Shown one piece after another: positions 25,456 through 37,938 of a stretch of DNA of 64,000 nt. Location of the stretch: positions 4,659 through 68,658 of the forward strand of contig RBZT01000978.1 of NCBI GenBank assembly GCA_003693705.1, read 5' to 3'. The notes below the pieces were generated by a model that ran no database searches, was not told the DNA's origin, and saw only the letters and a program-made list of their open reading frames with translations. The translations under genes and the position numbers were made by a program. Source of the stretch: Polymyxa betae A26-41 (lineage: Eukaryota > Protista > Endomyxa: Phytomyxea). Position 1 is the stretch's first letter, and each line of letters opens with the position of its first letter.

Positions 25456-26765
25456 TTATATTCTGTCAAAGTCGGAAACAATAATAGTTATCAAGAGGAT
25501 GCCTTGGTCAAATGATATCCTCCAGATGCTATTAGCAATGATAATGCTTCCATCTGCTGTCATCATTTCAACAGTGAATCCGGCTGAAGGCAGTATTTCA
25601 ATAAAAATGTCCATTATCCAATAGATAATATCTTCCCAGGATGTATATGGAAACAGACTGGAAATACAATTGAGATTACAAACGAGTAAATGGTATAAAT
25701 GCAATTATTACCTCCAGAACATATCTTGTGTTGTCCAGTATTGATTTATATATTCTGTACACGATGATGGTTGATGTTGGTCTGGACCAAGATATCCATT
25801 TCTTATTGTGCAGTCTGAGATCGAATGTCCACCTGCTGTTATCCATCCAAATAAATTCTCAGCAAATGGATTCATCAGAACCGTATAAAAAGCTTCCAAC
25901 GGGTTTGTGTAATCAATGCTGTTATCCATCCAAATAAATTCTCAGCAAATGGATTCATCAGAACCGTATAAAAAGCTTCCAACGAAATTGTGTAATCAAT
26001 GAAATATTGAATAATAGGTAAACTATTATCATGTAGTATTACAGATCCCTACATATAGATTAGAGATTAGTTAATTACAGATATTAATAGCTATTACTTG
26101 ACAAACTTGATATGCACGACGTGTCTGTTCGATATAATGCTCACGAGCAAGATATTTTACTACTTCTTCCTCATTGCGATTTTCTCGGTCTGTAAGACTA
26201 TCATATAGCCATTGCCGAATTTGCAGTCGATCATTGATATCTAATAACGAGCATGATATTTTGCTCAAATGATCCCTAGGAGCACCATTCAGAATTTCAC
26301 AAACATACCAACAATATAATAAATAATTCACATGTTAACCGGAAAGGCGAAGAACTGCATTAACTGATCTTTAGAATAGCGAGAAAAACAATGCAGCATA
26401 GCCATTCGAAGTGCATTAGATAATGAGATAGGCTTATCTACAGGATTTATACAAGTATCAAGGTTAAAATCTTGACAGTTTTCATCAACTGTAACTATAT
26501 TGCCAGATGCACATTCCAATCCTAACCGTACACATCGTGGACATGGTCGTTCAGCAGATTTACAGGATAATTTCGCCTTGCGACAAGCAAGACACGTCTC
26601 TGAGCTAGAACGTCTCCTTCTATATGTTTTCAGAATTGGACGATCATGACATTGATCAATAATCCCACGTTGAACACATCTAGAACAAGGTCGATTCAGA
26701 TCACATCTCAGCTTTGCAGCTGAACACAGCAAACAAGCAACTTTAACACGACGTGGTCGAAGCAT
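25456..26765 (-). CDS. Transcription factor with two tandem Zn(II)2Cys6 clusters and a C-terminal PAS-like region; interrupted by an 83-bp duplication
   Basis: CLLCSAAKLRCDLNRPCSRCVQRGIIDQC and CLACRKAKLSCKSAERPCPRCVRLGLEC; later exons contain MNPFAENLFGW (PAS-like). GT-AG introns near 26332, 26097 and 25710. Confidence 0.8.
25834..26001. repeat. 83-bp tandem duplication (2 copies, 3 mismatches)
   Basis: tgctgttatccatccaaataaattctcagc...cttccaacg(ggt/aaa)ttgtgtaatcaatg starts at 25834 and again at 25917. Confidence 0.95.
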
Positions 26766-27727
26766 AGCAAACAGCTGCCTTGAATATTGGTATTCAAAAA
26801 CACCAAATAAAAATAATAGGAAGAATTTCAGTAAAAAATGGATGCGAGATAGGGCGGGTCCTGAGACTTGGTTATTCTTGCAAGACAGATTAATTTCATA
26901 GACCCCTAACACAACATTTTATGGAATTGAATTCCGTGATCTGATCTTGTATTATACAAGTCAAATCGTCGCCGAAATCGATTTCATTCTGTTACGATAT
27001 GAGAGCTTGATTTCAACGACAATAATCCGCCCATGATGAATAAATCATATCGTTGAATATGCAATTCCACTCCAAAAGCAGTAACTTATATTTCTGCTAT
27101 CTCTTTGGTGGCCGACGATACGACATACAATGTCTCATATTGACAGCAGTTTATTTAAAACTATAAAGCCGTGATATAGATATAGTGATTGTAGACGTGG
27201 AGACGTCATTATTTGCCAAAACTGAACGACTCAACGATCTTAGTTTGGACTGCGATCAGCAACGAACCGACGCAGCTCATGGCATGGAGCATCACTGGTT
27301 TCGTCCTCAGAAGTTGAAGTATTTAGTGAATATGCGACCCGGTTATTAAGCCTACATACATTGCTAGTTATCATCAATAAGATATTGAATAGTCCAATCC
27401 ATTTTTGAGCTTTGTCATACGTCAAATGTAGGTTGTAAGTAGATGGTGACAACTTGACCATTGGGGTTAGGTACTTGTCCGTTTGTTTTAGGTGTGTTTA
27501 AGGTTGCAAATTCCTCCATTACTGATACGGTTTTCGTATCAGACGCATGATATCGTGAGCGCGGAATACGATGGAATACGGGCTGTGTACAGATATAAGA
27601 CCAAATATGTATGATAGGTAATAGGATGACTGAAATCTATAGTGATGAAGATGGTTACTGTTACTGCTGGCCTGCTGGGGCGCCCCAACATCCCATACCA
27701 CTATTTGACTGCGTGATCAACTTAATA

Positions 27728-29572
27728 ATGTATCGCATTCCATCTGTCTCATCTCAATCTGTATTATTCAATAGATATGCATCAAGGATACGATCAGTAT
27801 CTAACACTATCCAGGTTGATAACCCTTATACATCAAAGGCTTATGTAGAGGTACAGGCTTTCGCCTAGTTGTGCTTGATTATTTAATGTCGACGTTAGAT
27901 CGAAGAAGCCGATGAGCCGACTATGTTAAAACTTGTAGATTATTCTGCACAAGTATATCGTAGTTGGGCGAATAGTCCTATGAGTGAAAGGATTGACCTA
28001 TGCCGGAATTTTGTGAAGCATTTCCAGGCTCAAGGAAATCGATATGCAGAACAGATCTGCAAGCAGACGGGAAAACCTTTAAATCAGGCTTTAGGAGAGA
28101 TATCAACGACTATTACTCGCGCTAATAAGCTTATTGAATTAGCGGGTGTTGCTTTAGCTGATCATAAATTAAACGATGAAAATGGCGTCGAAAGAAGAAT
28201 CACTCGAGAGCCAATTGGACCAGTATTACTGCTATGTCCTTGGAATTGTATATTGACAGCAACGTTCCGTTTATTCTTAATTTAAAATGGTTGTTAGATC
28301 CAATGCTATGCGCCATCAATGGCATTATCCCAGCCGTTCTTTCTGGAAATTCAGTGCTGTTAAAGCATTCAGAGCGATCCTCATTATGTGCAGATGCATT
28401 TGAAGAGAGCTTCAAGCTTGCTGGTGCTCCAAAACATCTTTTGCAAGCGTATGATCGATGCTGTATGGGAAGCCCGGCTTGTTAAAATCTGTTCATCAGT
28501 TTTCATGGATCACACGAACGTGTTGCTCATGCTATTGCTCATCCTGCAATTGGATATGTGCAGTTCACAGGCAAAACATTTTTACAAGTTTAAAAAATTG
28601 CTCATTGCTTTACAGGATCTGTTGCCGGTGGTCAGAGCGTCTACAAAGCAGTTTCTAATCGCTTTATCGGTAAAAACGATCAATTCCTTATCGATTTTAA
28701 CAGTTGTTGTGAAGATGTTGGACTTGAGCTTGGGGGCAAAGATGCTGCTTATATCTGTGCTGATGCTGATGTAACAGCAGCAGCAGCTGGCGCTATCGAT
28801 GGTGCGTTTTACAACGCTGGACAATCATGCTGTGCAGTTGAACGTATTTATGTTCACAAATCTGTCTATGACGTCTTTGTTCAAGAAGCACTTTCTCTGG
28901 TGAAGAGTTACAAACTTGGCGATCCAATGAAATCGGATACAACCATTGGTCCAATGGCTCAGCCAAAAGCTCCTTCTTTTTTGCTTCATCAGATCGAGCA
29001 AGCCCGTGCAATGGGAGCTAAGATCTTGTGTGGCGGAAACCCTACTACTGATCCTGATGGAAATGTTGGCTTCATACCAGATCAGTCCTCTTCTACGCAG
29101 TCTCATCTCGCTTTAGGGACGATTTTTTGAACCAACATTGGCCGTTGAGTGCAATCATGAAATGTCACTAATGGTTGAAGAATCATTCGGACCAGGTTTT
29201 AAAGCATTCTATTTCTTTTCGTTGAAGCTCATCTGCATACAGTTGTCGGGGTGGCGGCTGTAGAATCAGACGAGGAAGCGGTCAAGTTAATTAATGACAG
29301 TCCATATGGATTAACTGCTTCTGTTTGGACTAGAGATAATGACCATGCAGATCATTTGGTAGTATTCTATAAAAGTGCCGTTATTGCTCTGAATCATGCT
29401 TTAGATGCCCAAGCTGAATGTCGGTACAGTTTTCCAGAATCGTTGCGATTATTTGGATCCTGAATTACCTTGGTCTGGAAGGAAAGCTAGCGGAAAAGGA
29501 ATTTCGTTGAGCCATCTAGCTTACAACGCTTTTACAAAAACAAAAGCATATAATCTGCGACGTTTCCAATAG
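27728..29572 (+). CDS. Aldehyde dehydrogenase (ELGGKD / RCDYLDP subtype), probable mitochondrial presequence
   Basis: REPIGPVLLLCPWNYP, LLKHSE, VQFTGSVAGG, LELGGKD, FYNAGQSCCAVER, EESFGP, NDSPYGLTASVWT, VFQNRCDYLDPELPWSGRKASGKG; seven introns. Confidence 0.95.
28571..28615 (+). other. GC-AG intron (45 nt) in the ALDH gene
   Basis: ttc aca g|gcaaaa...ttacag|ga tct restores the invariant FTGS motif; retention introduces an in-frame TAA. Confidence 0.85.
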
Positions 29573-29717
29573 GCAGCACATAAAAATTAGAGTCGATGAT
29601 TACGTGAAAGATACCTCTTTCTTATAGCTTCCTGTTTCACAGTTGAACGTGCACCAGGCAGATTAGTCTCCGATCTGTGACTGAAACGGCCTACAAATCG
29701 CTTGGATTTCACATATC

Positions 29718-32267
29718 ATGATGGATGAACTGAGATCGGTTGTCAATGAACTCAATAAGCCGCCATTCTCCAAGGGGCTTACTCTTGTATCCCTCGATCA
29801 GAAGACAGCGCCTGAGCTTCTTCAGCTTATCATTGATGTTCTTTCAGAAATGGACTCTAAAATGAAGTTGAATGTCAAACATGAGCAAAAAGACGTGGCG
29901 GTGTATGCAATTACAGACTTTGTAGCGATGCTGAATTATAAGCCGGCCGTTGAGAACAGGAATGATTTTCAGGCTCAGCTCAATGAAGGTTTCGAAGTTT
30001 GATTCAGTTACAAACGAGATGCTTACTGCCAATTAGATAATCGCCGTGTTATCCATTCCCTTCTTCACTGGCTACTCCGCCCTCAGTCTATGGCCGAATT
30101 TAAGGTATTCCGAGCAGTATGATTTGAATCATGACTTGATGGTTTGTTTAGACCCGGGCTTATTTAGCTCGCTTCCTGAGAAAACTGGAGATTCCACAAC
30201 AATTCATGACAAACGATGAATCAGATCCATTGAGAATTCTAAGCAAAAATCTCCAGTCGCTTCAAGAGGAATTTGTTTCGGTGCATCGAACAGTAACTAA
30301 ACTCAGAAATGAGGCAGATTCGCCCAGTTCAACATTGACTGTTCCCAAAACCGTTGCGTCTTTAGCTAAAGCCATCGAGCAAATGGAATCAGAAAAGACG
30401 CAATTAGAAATGAACATATCCCGCATCCAGGCAAAAACCGCGAATGAGGCCCAGATCCAGAATCTTGATTTAAAAGCAATGCTGACTATTACAAATCAAT
30501 TAAGAAAACTTCAAGAACAGCAAAACCAATTACAACAAAGGTAAACAAACTCGTGCGGCTGCGATTGTGATATAATTTCTCTATTAGTTGCAATGATCAA
30601 AATCAATTGCTGAAGAATGCTCAAAATAAATGCGATTCGATTCATCGGAGATGGCGAGACATCAAGGATAGAGAAACCGCAGGCAGGGAAGTTGGCCCAT
30701 CCGAAATAGTAGAGCGACTCAAGAACGAGCTACAATCTGTCAACGCACGTCGCAACAGAACTATTTTGGATATAGCAGAAATTCAGAAGCATGCATTGGA
30801 ATCTCAGCGAATTTTAACCTCAGAGCGTTTTACTGACGATCAGGTCGGAGTACAGCGAAGTCCATGCATAATTGACAACTGAGATTTCCCGAGGTGGCTA
30901 GCATCGAGACAGAACTCGCTGAAATTCGTAGAGAAGTCCAAACGATGGAGTCTCTAAAAGAAACAATCTATCAGAAGACTGACGATCAGTTACGGGTATT
31001 TAGAAACCAAGCAAGTGCAGTAGAGAACAAACGGAAGATGATCATCAAAGAGGTTGGCAAATTAGTAATTTACTTCAGCTAATAAACAGAGAATTTAGGT
31101 GAGCGAAGCCGACGAAGAACTACAAGAGCTAAGAAAAGAGTTAGCCAATATAGATGCCGAACTTGGAGTGGAGGGCAACCGTCCGAAAACGCAAGCCGAT
31201 ATCAAACGGTAAAGGAGAAGAGCTAAAAATGAAATCAAATATTCATTTTGAGGTCACAGATATATGAATGAGTTGCAGGCTAAAACTCAAACGTACAAAA
31301 CTTTAAAACATCAGCTTCAAGAAGGCAGAAATGAGCTGGCGGTTTTAGTCCGAACGGAAGAGATTTTGAGAAGCAGGGACGACCATCTCTCTGATCTCAT
31401 ACAAAATATGGAACAAGAAAAAGGTCGGCACGCCTGCTGAATGAACAAATGAACCAGAAGTAATTTTGTTTAGGAATAACTGGATATGAAAAGACGCAAG
31501 GGCAGATCGAAAAGGTATCAATGGAGAAGAGCGGAATTGATGTGGATAAAGGAGCGACATTGGAAGAAATGTCTCAAATTGTCACGCAAGTCTTAAGTGA
31601 AATCAAATCTAAAAAGCACGAACTTGGGCCTATAGTACAGGTTACTGCAACATACAATATTTGATGGAATTCCACTTAAACTGATACAATAGGAGCTGAA
31701 AGAACAACGAGACGTTTATCAGGAAGTGGAAAATAGATATATCGAGAAGAAGCGAAAATGGGACAGCGTGGCAATCGGATTTGACAATGAGCGATCGAAA
31801 CTAGAATACGAATTGGATGAAAACTCGAACGGGTTCTCTCGTGAGGAATCCCAGTTTCATTTGATCAACAGTTTGCTGTTGATCGAAGAAGAGAAATTAC
31901 AACGGTTAGACCAAGAGAAGGTTCTGCTAAAGAAAAACACATCGAACAGCCTCCTTGGGAAATACATCAGCCATAAGCACATGTTGGAAACCATGATAAA
32001 AGAGAGGGAGCAGGAATCCAGAAATTTGAGGAAGCAACAAAAAGAAATCCAGGTGAATAATAGTGAACTGGGAATTACAGCAACTGAAATATCTAGTAGA
32101 CGGATCATAGCGAGAAAGTAAACCAACGCCATGCGTTTACTATTCTGCGACAGTTGCTACAAGCCAAGATACAGCTGATGCAAGTGACGCCGGAGGACCA
32201 AGAGGAGCATAATTTCCTGAAGATATCCCAAGGCGACCAATACCCAGGTGGCGTTCCTGTCATCTAA
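29718..32267 (+). CDS. IFT81: Intraflagellar transport protein 81
   Basis: VVNELNKPPFSKGLTLVSLD...LLQLIIDVL, RAYLARFLRKLEIPQQF, ELAVLVRTEEILRS, EKGITGY, KGATLEEMSQIV, then coiled coils. Confidence 0.92.
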
Positions 32268-32421
32268 AAAGTAAACAACAACTGAATAAATGAAATGGGA
32301 TCTGTGATTACTCCCAACAGAACCAGGCGCACTATTTGTTGGTAGAGCTGCCTTTGTTTGTGCTGTGACTACGTAAAGAAGTTCGGGGTCTCCCCTTCGC
32401 CCCAAAAAGGCTCCAGGCACA

Positions 32422-34817
32422 ATGGCAGGATCTTCTATAAGGACTCCCTCCCGACCGGACCTTAACTCTATATTCAATACCAGGCAGCGTAAACCACGAT
32501 CTACACAATCAAAGAATGCCAATGCCAAACAGCAACCTGCCATCGTGCAGGGCGATCTCGTACAGCTGTATGCTGCCAAAATTGAGCAGAAACAGATTCA
32601 TAATCGTGCCGATGCAGTACTTGTCAAGCGCTCTCGTGTAAGTGGTCACTGTTGCCACGACTATAACGTTGAATGCCGTTTAGTCGCCACAGGGTGCTGA
32701 TGAGAGGATAACACGACGCCGAGTTGACTTGGAATCCTCTGAGGAGCACTGCTCAACGTTATCGAATTCCAAAGTTAGTCAAATATTTAGTTTAGTTGCA
32801 ACGGTTGATGGACTTGTAGGATATCGATCAAACTACCTCAGGTTTACGAGAGATTGTCGTGCTTCCTGAAAGAGACAATTTAGTCGTAAATATTGCTAAA
32901 GATGGTGTACTTGAGCTCAACAAACTTCCAATCAACCTGAATTCTGATGAACCCACTATTACTGCGCCTTTAGAACAGATCTATAATCCTGTTATCAAAG
33001 TAACCACGTTCTTGAATCTCTCAAGAGTCTCTTTAACAATATGGTTTCAGATTTCAGAGCCTTTTAAGCGGACTGAAACAGAGTCTGCTTCAGTTGGCAG
33101 AGCAGTGAAGCTGACAAGAGCTCAGTTACTGATGAAATCTGCATTAGCGCCCGACCGCGCTCCTAAATTTCAAGATATTCCCAAAATTCGGAACATATCT
33201 TCTGCCGGTTCACAGATCAAAAATGCAGAACCAGAAACCGTGGAAATTGTTTCTACCAGCGACATAGCAAAAGTATAGGAGGAGTTCTCAGCTGCCGCTT
33301 CTTACAGTATCTTGTCCAGGTGCGAGATGATTGGGTTTCGACTGCCAACCGGCTGCTAACACCTGAATTGCATATTCCTGTTCGATTACAGAATTTAAAA
33401 GAGGCAATCACTCAATTGCGGCTTTCCTATTCAATGACCGGTTTACAGATCTTTAAAGCTGTTGAAACGACAATGAACGTGCACAAAGCTCGCCGTCGAA
33501 TCTCTGTTCCGGTCAAATTTTTGTCACAGGAATGGCTTTACAAACTCAATATTTCGCTTAGTTACCAGAACTTTCATCTGGTGTAGAATCCATCGTTAAG
33601 AAGACATTCACAAAATCGTATCTGGCACAGATTGTTCACTTGTTTCCTGAAGGGTATTCCCTGCATAACAGGTCGATTCGTGATTCGGAATCAGGCAGAA
33701 ACGGTACTAGAAATGTTCTATGGTCGCAAATATTATTCCAAATGATGGTACAGAAAATGTTATTATGGTAACCATGGTGGAACTGCCAGGATCGAGCAGC
33801 TTGAACCAGCTGCAAAGGAATCAACACAGGCTCGACCGTTTTCACGATTGCTTACTCAAGTTTGTTTTCCGGTTTTATCTTCAATGGCTCAAAGTCTCTG
33901 CGTTACGAATCTCCTTTCGTTGCTTCATTTTGACTGTTCTCATTAGACTAAATATCCTGAACACTATAATGAGGTGGAATCATCCGGTCTTTACCATCTT
34001 AAATCGTGGCATTCTGCGTTTCCTGTAGAACGTTGTCCTGCAGTCCCACTCTGTCAACTACCTGTACCTCCTGCGTCCGCATCGAGTAATGAGTTGGCAA
34101 GGCTTGTTGGTGTAAACGCTCCCGAACGACAGTGTCCAGTTGATCTCAATTGCTGTAGGAAGGCGATGCCAAGCAAAAAGTAGCTGCGGAACATGAAAGC
34201 AAGGCAAAGGTCAGTGGGGTATTGTGCTTTTTTGATTTTACTCATTGACTTTAGGCTTTACCGGCAGAAGGCATTAGCAATACTGATATTCCCGAAGGAC
34301 TTCAAGGCCTGCCATTGTCGCTGATTCAAAAGATTCGGTCAAAGGAAGCGGCTGCTCGCAAGCTTACTGAAGAGATAGGAACGAAGCAACAGATACAAGC
34401 AGACATGTAATTTGTACAGTGTCCTGCCCGTTTAGCTGTTTAATATTGAGTCGCATCAGTGATTTGGATTCCTTGCCTAATTTTGTTGTGTTGGTGCATG
34501 GGATGTTCTCTGCTCTAGGGAGGCCCTCAATGCTCTTTTCTGCATTCATTGCACAGCTGAAATTCAAGCTCAAGCAACAATTCGTGTCTGAAGGTAACTT
34601 CTGAGATTAGAGTGTGACCTTGTAATGAACACCCGTAGGTTCCATCTTGAATCGAGTCAATCTTCTATTAGAGCTTCTTCCTAGCTTTTGCCAAAAAGTT
34701 GCGGATGGCCGCATAGAAGCATTTCGCATTGATTTGAGTGCCAACATTGGTCATCTAAGATCGGAGTTACGTTATAAGATCAATCAGAGCAAAAGTAAAA
34801 GGAATTCTAAAGTGTAA
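32422..34817 (+). CDS. CDT1: DNA replication licensing factor Cdt1
   Basis: IFKAVETTM...VESIVKKTFTKSYLAQIVHLFPEGY, WHSAFPVERCPAVPLCQLPVPP, GLPLSLIQKIRSKE, C-terminal winged-helix region. Confidence 0.8.
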
Positions 34818-35014
34818 TTTCCTGCAAGTCTGAAACATGCACCTATATCGTTGTCCATCAGATCTGGCGATGATTATGTGGCATAAGGGGATTCACGATT
34901 GTCATATATCATTAGACATTAGCCAACATTATTATTATGTATGTAAATATATATATCACACTGGTTATTCCTTATTATAATGGCGTTAATCACACAAACA
35001 CTACTAACTGACAA

Positions 35015-37821
35015 TTACTCAGGGTTATACCGAATAATATCAGAAGTGCCTGAATCCCGAGACAAATACTCCCTTGAGATGAGATCCACAATAATATCTG
35101 TCAACATTCCATCTTCAAGCAGAAACTGTTGTCTAGTCTTCTCGATAATTTGCGCTTTTAGTTCTTGGATCCTGAGGGTCTTCTTCATTTTCATCAATTT
35201 GACTATATATGCTTCGATAACATGCTTTCGATCCTGTATACATTTAAAAGTAGCATGAGAAATCTAAGTGCAATCACCTCTTTTATAGTAGCAACTGATT
35301 TTCGTAGCTCATTGTCGGCAACAGGTACCTCCGCGCCTAAACTTATACATATCTGCCTCTGAGAAGTAGAGAACTTGAAATTGACTGAAAGTACGTCTTT
35401 GGTCGAGTATGACTGCGGAGGGTCTTTCAGCAATACCTGAACATAGTAAATCGAATCTGAAAACCGTTACAAATTGACAGACATTGAATTTCCCAGTGCA
35501 CATATGCCGCAGCGCCCGCTTGATCATGGACAAACTAAGTCCCGTTAATGCAGGCAAGTCTTTGATAGCAATAGAGTCTGTTTGGTTAAACTGCAAAAGA
35601 ATGACCGCTTGAATCGAGGACAAGTGTATTTCAGGTGCAGACCGAAAACATATAGCTGAAGGGATTAAGTGTCATAGCAGGCAGACTGAAATTTTAATAC
35701 CGGTTATAATACAATTTGCTGCAGAATGAATCCATGATATACATCGTCCAACAGTTGCCTTTCTATAAAGTTCTTCAAGTGCAATTAAACCTGAGGAAAT
35801 CCTCGGCGGAATAAGCATTCCTTTTTCGCAGTCAACTAGCGATTTTGGCCAGGAGCCTGTTGTTAAAATGCGCCCAGAAAACTGGATATTGTCGAGTCGA
35901 GTAAACAATGGAGGATGGCGGGTAACATCAGAAATCATCACGTCCATCTGATGAGTAAATCCTTTCCCCAATAAACCACGAAGCTGTTCAACGAAAGCCT
36001 TATCCCTAAAATATCGTGTTGGTCGATATACGAACCTCATTTTAAAGTTTGTAAGTTAAGTTACCCGTTATTGTCGACATCTGAGTTCAGCAACCGATTC
36101 GCTAATCCATTGCGGAAATGGACTGAGAAGACATCTTTCTCTTGACGAAGGCAACAAACAAGAGCAACGAGGTTTTCAATTTGCTGAATGTCCCCATCTT
36201 GACAGTATATATCAGCAGTGAAAGATTATCCACACACTTTTTCAGTACCGCCTAGTAGCAGCTTGTTTAAGTAATTGCAAACAAGCTGTGCACTGTTATT
36301 AGCCGCTTCCAGGATAAACTCAAATGCGTCATGAAGGGCCCGATGGAATCTATCGTTAAGCAATAAGCATATTATTGGGTTACAGTCAAGAACTAACCGG
36401 ATCGAATTTTTGAACGCAGCTTGAATTAATTGCAATTCTGAAATGCGAAGGGCTATGGCATTACCAATAAAGCTCTCAGGATCATTCGCTAGAAGCTTCC
36501 CTTGATTAATGATGTGCTCTTGACACAGTGTTGCTAGCATATCAAGAGAAGCCGGATGTCCTTGATAGAGGGAATACGCTAGAGACAGATCTGGCTAGCA
36601 TTAGTAAATGCCGGTGTGGGTTCCACATAAAAAACGTCTTACCTGTAGCGGAGCGTTTAACAAACATTGCATTGAAGCCTTCGTCCTCATCAGCAAGCAT
36701 AACGGGAAAATGTTTAATCAACAAGTTTGAATGCAAACATCCAGTAACAGCAGATATAGATTCCTCTAAAAGCCAGTGGCTAAAGAACGAGATCTCGTTT
36801 GAAAGAATGTTAGAAACCTATAAAGGCACAATTCTTGAGCCAAATATCACGCACTGAGGGTTGCAGAATACCCGACTTAAATAGAGAGAAGTTCCCAATT
36901 CAGAGAGAAGATCAATAGAATCATTACCACCATAGAATCGCTCTGTACCGCGAATAATAGGCCTAGAAAGAAAGTCCTCGTACAACGTTTTTGGCTAGAG
37001 AATTTTAGAAGAATATTTTAGATGGCCCAGCGCATTACGTTGCCAGGTAGCATTCTAAGTTTTAAAACGCACTTTAAAACAGTCTTAAGCAGTCTGATAT
37101 CCCCATCGTAAGGCTTCATTATCGGAATGCAGGTGGATCGGAACTGTAAAATTTCGTTTTGAATAGCAGTACTTAGTCCACTTCTGAATTCGGAGAAAAC
37201 AATTGCATGAAAGCAGGATAAGCATAATTGCTCTATCGACAGACATTGTTCCCTTTTCACATGGAATTGATTCTAAAGAAATCTTTCAGAAACCATATAG
37301 AGTAAAGATCATTCCTACCAAGTAATTATAAACACAGCTCAAATACTTTTCCACAAAAGTGAATTCGTGGTAAAGGTTCTGGAACTGAGAAAGAGCTGAA
37401 CCATAGCGGGATCTGGGAAGCAAATCGTCACGAAGCCACGTGGACAACATCTGTTCAAGCCTGGAATATATCTCTTGGCCAAATACGCAGCCTTGCTGAC
37501 ATAAATCGAAAACCATCCTACAAATTATACATTTCAATAACAAAAGCAAACCGCATCGAGCGAAGGCATCGAACTGCAAGCAGAAAATTAAACTCACGTA
37601 TAGGCTTTAATAACCTGTAATTTCACAGGATCATTTCCATTCTTAATCGACTCGATTAACGATAAGAACTGGTCTGACAACATCCTCCAGCCAGTATCAA
37701 TCGATATCCATGCTTTGGTATTATGTTCTAAATAAGTATGGGCGTGATCAGAAGCACCGAGCAGAACACGGGTATAAGCATCCATGAGATCTCCAGAAAA
37801 AATGGATTTTGAGACATCCAC
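35015..37821 (-). CDS. Divergent cullin
   Basis: EKDVFSVHFRNGLANRLL, QMDVMISD, ILTTGSWP, GRCISW, SSIQAVILLQFN, neddylation-site motif IEAYIVKLMKMKKTL, IVDLISREYLSRD...IRYNP. Confidence 0.88.
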
Positions 37822-37938
37822 AAGGAGCGAAAGACAATTAATAAAAACACCTTTGAGTGAGGTCGTCTCGAGTGAAACGCAAATGTCACGCAGACAATCC
37901 AGTCAATTAAAGAGGCCTCGCTGTCTGTTACAGTATAA

